A stretch of DNA of 64,000 bases from Octopus vulgaris (taxonomy: Eukaryota), in the NCBI GenBank assembly GCA_951406725.2, contig OX597819.1, positions 94,612,001 through 94,676,000 on the forward strand, written 5' to 3'. The position numbers and the translations under genes were made by a program. Of the stretch, positions 12,801-22,105 are shown piece after piece. Within the stretch, counting starts at the first letter, position 1, and the number at the start of each line of letters is the position of its first letter. A model generated the notes under the pieces. The model was not told the origin of the DNA, did not search any database, and saw only the letters and a program-made list of their open reading frames with translations.

Positions 12801-15800
12801 ACCTCTAGTTCTGAGATACAAAACCTCTCATTTTAAAATAGTATTTTAAATTAAAACTTTCCAGCATATGAATGGTGAATACAGGTGGAAGGAGGTGTGT
12901 TATGAAAATAGTTGGAAGGAGGCAAACCTTTGGTATTATTATACAGTGTCGGCATGAGGAGACAACGTCAGTCATCCTGTTTCAGCCTAGCCTCTTTATC
13001 TGTCATGAAGGAAGGTTGTGTGGGTGAATGATATTGTCTCCTAATACTGAAGGACTGTTGAGGACAGACATATACGTTGGGCCTCCATTTTACCAAGATG
13101 GACAGGTATTTTCAAGCATAGTAAATCGCCAATTTGATCATGAAAACAGTACGTTTCAGTTTTTTTTTGTTTTTAGTGAAAAGTGTGGGGGTCTGATTGT
13201 AAAAATTTACCAAAAAGAATGCCCTTAATGATGCTAAAAGGGTTCCCCTAACGAGGTCTATCAACATGCTAGAAAGAGCAGCTAAACCTTTAACTTATAC
13301 CAGTGGTTCTTAACCTTTTTACAACCATGCCTCCCTTAGGAATTTGTTCTTCTCTCCACACCCTCTTGCATCTATGAATAAAATTCAATCCCAGATTTTA
13401 AATATGAATTAGTCACATTATACAAAATATGTAGGATTTTATATATAATCACATTATACAAAATGTGGGATACTTGACACTGCTTCTTAGCAAAAAAGTT
13501 GTGTTTTTTATTGAATATGAATTAGTCACATTAGTGAGATACTGGACACCGCTTCTTAGCAACAAGATCTTGAATGTGTGGTTGAATGCCAGAGAGTGCA
13601 CCAATGTAAGTCCCTTTCAACGTTCAGCCTGTTTCTGTACTTGGTCTTGGCAGCAACGAGCATGGAAAATGCAGCTTTGAAGTCTTCCTTAGCTGGGGAG
13701 TTGAACTGCAGCTCAAGAAACTACTCTTGCACTTCATCCAAAACAGTCACTTCACACAATATGGGTTTCTGATGAATTTCCAAGCTTCACGCTTTTCATC
13801 TATATCTGGGAAGTATCTGATAAATTCCATTTTCAAGTCAGTTAGATGAGGGATTGTTTCTTAATCCAGAATCAAGAGAGTAGAATCCAAGTAACAAAAG
13901 CTGGTTGTATTTCTCTGCTGAATTCGACATTTCTAGAGATCAAGTTTGGCCATGAAGGTTCGAATGGTGTTGTGATGCGTGAGAATGTTTATGTTCAGAT
14001 TCCATATCTTTACACAACAGTTTGAAAAGATGACTGTTTAAGGCTCTGCCTTTAAAAGTTGACAACCTTGATAACACATTCAGGACATTTCTCATTTCAG
14101 TAGATAAGGTTCTGGATGCTGAGGCTTCGTGATGAAATATGCAGTGTGTACCTACAACAGATGGATTTTTTTCTTTCACCCTAGGCTCCATCAGAGCACA
14201 CTCCTACCAGTGAATCCCACGAAAGTTGGTTTTCCTGAAAAAAGTTTGATACATCATGAAAAATAGCTGTTGCACAACTATCCATAGGGTGAAAGAACAA
14301 CATTTCCTCTTTTACCCAGTTGCCTGACACAAAATGAGCATATACCAGAAGCTGAAAACACTGAGCGATGTCAGTCGTTTCATCACACTGGATGGCAAAA
14401 ACAGGAGAATCTTACTTGGTCGAGAATTTGATCTTTAGTGTCTTGAGATAAGTCATCAATCCTTCCCTAGACTATATCGTTTGATGGTGAAATCTGAGAA
14501 AGCTTCTTTGCACTATCTTTCCCCAGAACAAGTTCTGCTACACTGAGTAGACTTGATTTTATGAGAGACTCTCCGATGTTATGGCTCTTCTTGCTCTTTG
14601 CAGTCAACATGGTGATCTCATAAGAAGTCTCAACCATTGAAGTTTGTTGCTGAAATGCCCCACTACTGTCCAACTTAGCTTGCTTCAAGGAATGTCCTTT
14701 TTGTTTCAAAGAATGCCTTGGGCTTGTCTGCGAGACCAGGAGGTGTTGTCCTCAAGTGGCATTCCAAGCGTGAGGGTTGCATTCCATCATTGCTCAAATT
14801 TGTGTAACATATCACACACTGGGGGACTTCTGTGTCACTCTTTTGGAGAGACACAAATCCAAATCGAATATATTCAAGATACTTGCGTTTCTTTGTACTC
14901 ATTGCAAACTAGTTGATGTGCAGTAGACAACACAAATATGTGAACAAAAGCTGAGGCACATGTAAGGTAATGTCAAGGCCCAAGTTAGAATGCTAGCCCC
15001 CAAAAATTTTTAATTTAAAATAAAAGTTATATGAAAAATTTGTACAATAAAATATGGTATTTATTTGTACAAAATATGAAACAAAGTTTCTTTAAAGAAA
15101 AGATTTTGCATAGCTTTTAGTTTTTTAGCTAGTGCTTTCTGTAATATTTAAAACTGAATTTTAGTTTTACATTTTTCTTACAAAAAAAAAAAAAATTTAA
15201 GAATAGTTTTCAATTTTTAAAATTAAGTTAATATTTCTTGGTATGTTACTATAATGATTTGATAATGCTTCAGCACGTTTCTTGATTTTTAAGAAACATT
15301 ATTCCATATATATGAAAACTGTGGATCAAACTTGCTTATAATCTATTAAGTGAAAAAGATGTTTGTCTTTACACGATAATACATAAGCTTTTATACTGGT
15401 GGTTCTTAACCTGGGTCTTGTAACAAAAAAATAATAATAATTTCGTTAAACCGAAAAGATCCCAAAATAAAAGCAAATGTTAAAGCTACAATTCAGAATT
15501 TGTGAGGGTTTTGTGGGATATAAAGGAGTGGGGGGTCAATAAGTATAAAAAATGGTAAGCGGCACTAAGATAGCAGAATAAGAAAACTCAAGGTATAAGG
15601 CGATACTTTTGCATTTTTTTCATAAACTTATTTGACCATGCTCTCGTTAAGATAATAACAAATATAATTAGTGAAGTTCCTACTTTTTCTCAAGGGCTCG
15701 CGCATCACTTGGAAATTACTGACGCCCCTCACCCCTTAAAGAACCACTGACTTAAAGTGGATAAGTATGTAGATAATGTGGCCACATGCGCATCTGCCTT

Positions 15801-17073
15801 GGTAAGATATGGTCACGGGTGAGTCCCTTAATTATAATTTTTTTTCAAGCAAAGCTGACCTATGGTTACACATCTACATTTTACACTCAACGTGTCAGAG
15901 CGCTGGACCATCTCAAACTCTCCTCGTTTGTCAGTCTGACGTACTGACGTTTCTCAGTATCTTTCTCACCATAAACATTTATTGCTGTCAGACTGTCTGA
16001 TTTAAAAAGAAAAATGTTAAAAACTAACCAAAAAATTATTTTAAGTTTCGAAAAGTTTTTTTAATAATTCTTCATAGTCGTGTGAGCTCTGAAAATTAAA
16101 CTATTTTTTTTCAAGTTATGAGGGGCTATATGGCGTGCGTAAAGCAGAATTCCGCTCTTGCTTATTATTATATACAAATAATTAAAACTTAAATAACTAT
16201 AGGCAACCTTTCAGAACAAAGCAAAAAGTTTTTTTTGATAATGCATAGCTACAAATTCCTAAAAACTAAAACTTATTGAGAACTGTTAATACAAGTCTAT
16301 CGAACTCATTACAAACTCTAACAAGCATGTACTTGGGTTCGTTCATTTATTTATATTTTTTCGTGTTTTTTAACTCACCCACCCACAAATACACAAAAAT
16401 TACTTAATGCATATCAGAAGAAGTTCCATGCAACAAGATTCGTTCAATTAAGACTATTTCGAATTTCTACATATTCTTCGTAAGATGAACGTGGTCGAGT
16501 TCGACTGTATGTTTTTTTTTGTTCTTTTGTTGTTGTTTTTCTTGCAAGTTGGGTAAATAAATCAATTAAAAAGTTTGACATTAAAGAAAAAAATATTTGA
16601 GTATATAAATATTAAGTCTCCTGGAATACTTCCTATCCTTTAAATTGAAATTTTTAAAAATTAATTTTACTTTTTCACTAATTACATTTTTCTTCTTCGT
16701 TTTTATTATTTTTATGTTTATTCTCACAAACTGAAAAGCAGACTATAGACATTTGAGAGCCAGACGATATTTTTAAATTATTACAATTTACCAAATGCTA
16801 TGATTGAAAAAAAAAAAAGAATTTATATTAATAGTTATGTAGAAACTACTGACAAAATTAACAAATTAAAATAACTGTCAGAGTTTTTCAATGATACACG
16901 AGTTTTATTAAAAGTCAATATTGTGACAACGTGCGTAAATGAAACAAGTGGTAAAAACAAACTTTATAAGAGTAAAGAAAAACCTACAAATCTTTAAAAA
17001 AAAATCTGAAAGACGAGAAGAATTCTGAAAATGAATTTCCTTATCTGAAATGACGTACCTCTTCTTTCTCCAT
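705..17073 (-). CDS. PALB2: Partner and localizer of BRCA2 (PALB2/FANCN) orthologue, 3'-partial (last exon beyond the left edge)
   Basis: Exons 17073-17059, 12204-12145, 9158-8025, 7389-7210, 6536-6364, 5091-4873, 2406-2316 and 832-705 are all GT-AG and join in one frame (about 666 codons). Exon 2 LYKQLLLMKKEYARKKKRLE aligns with human [20 protein letters not shown]. WD40 segments VCVAV, TIQRLPAGLIG..LLIW|NHTT and FVALNPTT align with human VCVAL, EVQGMQEALLG..IVIWNLKT and LIVINPKT (human sequence recalled from memory). Confidence 0.88.
897..1138 (-). mobile_element. 3' end of RTE-family LINE (or a SINE sharing its tail)
   Basis: Reverse complement of the 3' end seen at 48700-48890, with the (ATG)n tail; near-identical to the copy at 36844. 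Confidence 0.8.
2316..2406 (-). CDS. PALB2: PALB2 WD40 exon
   Basis: tatttctag|G AAC...GAA|gtaagt; 91 nt, phase 2/0; (W)NHTTNLLLIKVPL...MNLE. Confidence 0.85.
3120..3708 (-). mobile_element. Tc1/mariner remnant, internally deleted
   Basis: Terminus TA-CGAGGTGGTATCAAAAAGTTCC. HTH-region peptide CFKW..HFKSG.TSLED..CGRPTTS joins directly to a QDNASCH (HDNA-like) motif. Confidence 0.85.
4873..5091 (-). CDS. PALB2: PALB2 WD40 exon (BRCA2-pocket region)
   Basis: ttttacag|A...TG|gtaaat; 219 nt, phase 2/2; EEQSLESTSEKLLSLATIQRLPAGLIGLTVTNVLLIW. Confidence 0.88.
6364..6536 (-). CDS. PALB2: PALB2 WD40 exon
   Basis: ctgttttcag|CTC...CA|gtatgt; 173 nt, phase 0/2; contains AVCVAVLGL. Confidence 0.85.
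7210..7389 (-). CDS. PALB2: PALB2 WD40 exon
   Basis: ttttacag|ATT...TAT|gtaagt; 60 codons, IPDNNEV...ILFWTYTKNEDWHIIYQWKVSDY, compare human [22 protein letters not shown]|. Confidence 0.88.
8025..9158 (-). CDS. PALB2: PALB2 large central exon (Ser/Lys/Glu-rich, probably disordered), ending at the start of the WD40 domain
   Basis: Lies inside ORF 7971..9200. ttttgcag|CTT at 9158 and AAG|gtaatt at 8025; 378 codons, phase 0/0. Ends CDLKLTRTEK, compare human NLQLVSELK|. Confidence 0.85.
9386..10575 (+). mobile_element. Near full-length decayed mariner transposon, inserted in a SINE
   Basis: Imperfect TIRs (GAGGAGGTACCTAAAAG / CTTTCAGGTACTCCCTC). Broken motifs AKCVP, ITGNES, HHNNAPVH and HPSYSPDLAPCNF, with frameshifts and stops. 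Confidence 0.9.
10980..11145 (+). mobile_element. tRNA-derived SINE with GCCTTTCATCCTTT..GTCGAT..AGTAC core (Nin/Deu-domain-like)
   Basis: Same family as 21891-22105 and many intronic copies. Confidence 0.75.
12145..12204 (-). CDS. PALB2: PALB2 coding exon 2, coiled coil (BRCA1-binding/self-association region in vertebrates)
   Basis: ttgttgcag|CTT...GAA|gtaagc; 60 nt; LYKQLLLMKKEYARKKKRLE. Confidence 0.88.
13301..15749 (-). mobile_element. hAT Buster/Charlie-type DNA transposon with a decayed transposase
   Basis: TIRs CAGTGGTTCTT...AAGAACCACTG. 8-bp TSD acttatac/acttaaag with central TA. Fragments KRKYLEYIRFGF..PQCVIC..PSRLECHL (BED finger), HNIGESLIK, THCIFHHEASA and C-terminal QDLVAKKRCPVSH*. 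Confidence 0.92.
17059..17073 (-). CDS. PALB2: PALB2 coding exon 1 (MEKEE); an in-frame upstream ATG at 17133 is an alternative start
   Basis: ATG GAG AAA GAA GAG|GTACGT, phase 0, resembling human ...EEKEK| at the end of exon 1. The frame is open upstream to an ATG at 17133, which is preceded by TGA. Confidence 0.65.
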
Positions 17074-17134
17074 AAGCACAGGTATATTTTTTAAGCAAAG
17101 TTCATAATTCCATAAACTTCCAAGACGTTTCATT

Positions 17135-17310
17135 CAATACCGCCAATCCAACAGGAAGCGTTCATGTGGGACGGGTGTCAACACGATATATATAGATATA
17201 GGGGGAGATAATTATGGAAGAATATACTTGAAACCTCGCCAGAGAAACACTCATTCATACTGTTCCATTGACAAACGAAGGCTATCTGTATGGGAAGCTC
17301 TACACTCGCC
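17135..17310 (-). promoter_or_regulatory. Putative PALB2 promoter
   Basis: Non-repetitive, CpG-containing segment directly upstream of exon 1. CCAAT at 17143-17147 overlaps TTGGCGG on the minus strand (E2F-like); an ETS-like CAGGAAG follows. Confidence 0.35.
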
Positions 17311-17318
17311 GATATTTG

Positions 17319-17628
17319 GGTACTATTTAAGAAGAGTGGTCCCGGTGCGCGTACTCGCGCATCTGCACTAGCTAGTCGTTACTAGTCGATCCTCACTTTG
17401 TGTTTTTGTATTTTATTTACTTTCTTTAAAAAACTTATTTACTGTGTTTTTGTGTTTTATTTACTTTGTTTTAAGAAAATTATTTACTTTGTGTAAAAAA
17501 ATTATTTATTTTGTGTTTTATTTACTTTGCTAGGTAGTCGTTGTAGGATCGACTAGTCAAGACTTAGCTAGTGCGGATGCGCGGGTACGCGAGTGCGCGC
17601 ACCGGGACCACTCTTCTTAAATAGTGCC
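17319..17628. mobile_element. Palindromic MITE with about 75-80 bp TIRs and an 8-bp TSD (Merlin-like)
   Basis: GGTACTATTTAAGAAGAGTGGTCCCGGTGCGCG... and ...CGCGCACCGGGACCACTCTTCTTAAATAGTGCC, with exact TSD GATATTTG at 17311-17318 and 17629-17636. Interior is TTTATTTACTTTGTG-type tandem repeats. Confidence 0.92.
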
Positions 17629-18319
17629 GATATTTGTACATTGGTTTTTTTTGTTTATTTTTCGAATGAATCAATTCATAGAGTTTCTTGAGTTTCTGAA
17701 ACCTATTAAAGATTTCTAAACTGAAAAAAATTCCATAAATTTAAATAAAATGTTTAAAATTTATTGTTCATTAACTGACATCTTCAGGTGGATATTTCCA
17801 GGCCTGACTTTTAATTTCTTTATGTCTTAAAGCAAAAAAATCTTTCAGTCTTTGTGTTTTGAACAGTAGAGAAACGTTTACTTCATTCCTTAGAAACTTT
17901 CAGAGATTGTGGGCATCTGCATAAATTTTAAGCTCTGTTGCTTTGTGATACTACTAATGTTTTAGTATTTCTCTAAGTTTGGTTTGACTTTAGTGTTTGA
18001 ACTTTTGACAGCAAGTCTTTTTAAGTCTTGACCTTGGGTCTTGTTCAAATGATATCTGAGTATTTTGCTTTTTAATGATGTATTGAACGATTCAATTGTT
18101 GTCATCAAACCAATCTTGGCTCATCCTTTTGGTGAAATTGTTGTGTAGGTTTGCTTGTCACTGGTCAGTGAAGATATACTTCAAAAGTATGAGTTGCCAA
18201 TGCAGAAGTGAATGGCTTTATCAACTTAATTGCCATGTATGTGTATAGATGTCATTGTTGCTTACATGAATAACAACTGAAGCAAACTCAAACATTTATC
18301 TGTAATATTTATTGCTGGA

Positions 18320-18701
18320 CTAGCAGTATCGCCCGGCGTTGCTCGGGTTTGTAAGGGAAATAACTATAAAGCATTTTTAGATAGTTATAGCCAAAATATA
18401 GCAAAAAAATGGGAAAAAATGATGGTAAATTTTTTTGAGAGTTAAAAAGGTCGAGTGGCGTCCCCTAGACAGTCTGTGGTTTGTGTTTCTCATTCTCGAC
18501 CCCATGTCGAATTTATCGATTTTTTTCATAACTGGGGGAACTTTTCAAAATTTTCGCTGCGTTAGTTTTGAATTATGACATTGAGCTATGTGTGTGTCAA
18601 GTTTCATCAGAATCGGTTGAAAGCCGTGGTCAAGGTGAGGGTACAACCTAACAGACACACAGACACACACACAGACAAACTGCCGTTTATATAGAGAGAG
18701 A
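18320..18701 (-). mobile_element. Non-autonomous Helitron
   Basis: Minus strand begins A|TC and ends CTAG|T, with a subterminal hairpin CCCG-AGCAACGC-CGGG and no TSD. Confidence 0.85.
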
Positions 18702-19139
18702 TATGATGATATTTGGTGTTGACAAATCACAGTGAATTATATTAATAATTGCCAAATGGGAGGAGAGAAAAACTGCTCTGAAAATAAAGAAAACTGAGTG
18801 ACACCATGAGGGCAATCCAAAAAAACCCCAAAATGATCCACAAAAATTTTTGAGGAGATCTGTGGTGTCGGCAGTCAGTCGACTGTCTGCCCCTGAGTTA
18901 CATGCCAAATGGTTTGATGATAAAATTGCAATGGACTGCTACCAAATTGGTTGTAGTCTTGAGCAGCACCTTCTTAGTGTGCCATCTAGCATTGACCTAC
19001 CATCTAGTTCAAACATTATTGAGATCAAACTTTGGTGATGTCTACAACCAGTAGTTCATTCAGCCACTGAGGCCTTGAAGGATGGTTAGTCATGTTCAGT
19101 CTGGGACCTCTTCTTCAATGGTGCAACCATGATATATAT

Positions 19140-20400
19140 CATCATCATCATTTAGCGTCCGTTTTCCATGCTAGCATGGGTTGGACGGTTCAACTGGGGT
19201 CTGTGAAGCTGGAAGGCTTCATCAGGCCCAGTCAGATCTGGCAGTGTTTCTACGGCTGGATGCCCTTCCTAACGCCAACCACTCCGTGGTTATATATATA
19301 ATCTGTATTGGATGTGTGCATTTTCAAACCGTGTGGTTTTGAATTCACCTTAGGTAAGTGCCTGCTGAGTAGTAGGAAACTGAAAAAGTTCATTATATAT
19401 CATCATCATCATTATTATTTAATGTCTGGCATGGGTTGGATGGTTTGATGGGAGCTGGCCAGGTAGAAGACTACACCAGACTACCATATCTGTTTTGGCA
19501 TTGTTTTTATGGTTCGTTGCCCTTCTTAACACCCAGCTGACTTGACTGAGTATTTTTTACGTGGCACCAGCACAGGCAAGGTCAGTCTTGGCATGGTTTT
19601 TACAGCTGGATGCCCTTCCAAATGCCAACCACTTTCCAGTGTGGACTGGATACTTTATACATGGCACCAGCACCAACAGGGTCACCAAGTAACTTGCAAG
19701 ACACGAAAGTTTGAAAGAGGAGGGGACATTGGAGGAGGTGATCTTGTGTCAGATGAAGATAGATTTGAGTGTGACAGAGAGACAGAGAAGCAAAAACAGG
19801 TGTCTTGTTATGGAGGAGGAACATGGTTAACCAGCCAAGAGAGAGAGGGAAAGAAAAAGAGAGTGAGTGAGATGGAGAGAGAGGTAACAAGAAAGAGAAC
19901 AAAAATAGATGTGCTGCTGTAAAGGAGAGACTTGGTTACCTAGCCAGAAAGAAAAGCAAGAGAAGGAGAGAGAAAGAAAGTGACCAAGAATGAGGGCAGA
20001 AACTGGTTTGCTGCTGTAGAGGAAATACATGGTTACCCATTCAGAGGGAAGAGCAAAGGAAAGAGAGAGAGGGAAACAGCAAGAATGTAAAAGAAAGCAG
20101 GAGAGAGATGATGGTGAAGGGCCAGAATATATTCACAAGGAATGAGGTTCAGAGCATAGATGGGATGGGATGGTAGAGTAAGGAAGAGAGAGATAAATGG
20201 TGGAAATTACCAGGGCATGCCCTCAGGATGCAGGATCAAAATATACGTGGCCAGGTTTTGCCAAGAAGGCATGAGTAGGGAGTGAGGAAGGAGATTGCAG
20301 TGACTAGTGAGAATCTGGGTTTAAAGAGGAGGATGGAGAAAGCAGTGATACAATGATGAGGGATGGACAGTGGGAAATAATCATAGTGTATGAGGAGAAA
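19140..20400 (-). mobile_element. Two RTE-type LINE 3' fragments (19140-19290 and about 19400-20400)
   Basis: (CAT)n followed by the family tail; the purine-rich UTR-like segment is shared with 34000-34720 and 38200-38820. Confidence 0.65.
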
Positions 20401-21370
20401 TGTAAGTATTGTGCGACAGTACGATGCCTCCTGGTGAGAATGGACTGGACTCCTACAAATACATAGTAGCGGTCTGAGTAAGTTAGGTAGTTCATGCTTG
20501 TTCCACAGTTCATGAGTTCATAGTTCAAAGTGTGTTGTAAGTTGATAGTATAGTTCAAGTTAGCATGTTGGTTCTTAAAAGATTGTTGTTATGTTCCATG
20601 TAGTTACTGCTACTTATTTCAATTATATTGTTATTACACTGTTGTAGTGTATTCGTTTATCCATAAGGATATAACATCTGGTGACGAGGATCATTCGAAA
20701 CTCACATTGGTATTTGACAATTTCTGCATCATGGAAAACTGCAGTAGTACAGCTTCAAGAGAAACAACTACAGGAGTTGCAAAAACAAGTACTACAACAA
20801 CAATTAACTGAGTTACAGTCGGGGAAGTCCGAAAATCCAGCAAGCTTGTTTACACCAGACAGCGTGGCAAATGCAATTTCTGAATTTATGGATAATCTGG
20901 AGGAGGGCATTACATTTTCCACGTGTTATAGAAGATACAAGGAAATTTTTAACAATGAGTGCAAGTCATGGTCAGAGGAGCAAAAAAGTAAGGCTTGTAC
21001 TACACAAGGTAGCTCCTGCGGAACATGAGTGTTATTTTAACTTTATTCTGCCCAAAAGGTCAAGTGAGATTGGCTTCCAAGAAACCATAGAACTGCTTTC
21101 AAAACATTTTTGTGATACAAGTTCATTATTCAACACCAGAATGTTGGAACTTAACAAAAAATAAGTAGGAGGATTTTATCACCTATGCTGGAGTAGTCAA
21201 CTAGATGTGTGAAAATTTCAAACTCCAGGATTTCACTCAGGATATGTTCAAATCACTTATCTTCGTGCAAGGATTTATAGCACCTGAAGATAGAGAAATT
21301 TGGGCAAGAATTCTCTTGAAAATGGAGTAAGCAAACCAGGATTTATCTCTCCAGACCATTGCAGAAGAAT
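20401..21370 (+). mobile_element. Gypsy LTR retrotransposon 5' fragment: LTR, PBS and decayed gag
   Basis: TGTAAG...TAACA (20401-20676; LTR start approximate), then PBS TGGTGACGAGGA at 20679-20690. Gag-like peptide ISEF...GITF..YRRY..IF...KVRL....YFNFILPK...SLFNTR with frameshifts. Confidence 0.8.
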
Positions 21371-21890
21371 GCTGATAGCTGAACCTTCATGGACACCTAC
21401 TTACACACTGATCTCATCATCAACTCTCATTTCGCTGACTGTATCTCTATACATTTCTTGCACTGCTTTCACAAGTCATTTATCTACTCCTAGTTTTCTT
21501 AGTCACTACAGATAGTGACAACTTGTCAAAAGCTTTCTGTCAATCAACAAATGCAAAGGTAGAAAAGTTGACTCTTAGCTAATCATCATTATTATTTTAA
21601 TGTTCACTTTTCCTTAATGTTCACATGTACAAAGGATGGAATTTGTTGAGGCAGATTTTCCACAGCTAGATGTCCTTGTTGCCAACCTTCACTTGTTTCC
21701 AAATCAGGTATTATTTCTCCATGACCAGACATGTTTCAGAAGATTGGAAATTAGGGAAGCCACTTGCATGATGGTAACATTTGCTTACACAATGTCACGG
21801 CAAATAGACAGTAACGTACACAATCATTTTGTATCAATGTTTTGAAATCTTAAGTTGGCTGGCTGAAATATTATATGGAATATTACAAAT

Positions 21891-22105
21891 CAGGCGAGCT
21901 GGCAGAAACATTAGCGCATTGGGCGAAATGCTTAGTGGTATTTTGTCTGTCTTTACGTCCTGAGTTCAAATTCCACTGAGGTTGACTTTGCCTTTCATCC
22001 TTTTGGAGTTGATAAATTAAGTACCAGTTGCATACTGGGGACAAGCTAATCGACTGGCCCCCTCCCCCAAAATTTCAGGCCTTCTGCCTAGAGTAGAAAA
22101 GAATA
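21891..22105 (+). mobile_element. tRNA-derived SINE, well-preserved copy
   Basis: A-box-like GAGCTGGCAGAA and B-box GAGTTCAAATTCC, conserved core, tail GGCCTT.TGCCTAGAGTAGAAA. Confidence 0.85.

Noticed and set aside
17133-17150. CDE/CHR cell-cycle element (TGGCGG-TA-TTGAA on the minus strand)
   Set aside because: Spacing and CHR sequence differ from the canonical GGCGG-N4-TTTGAA; too weak to call.
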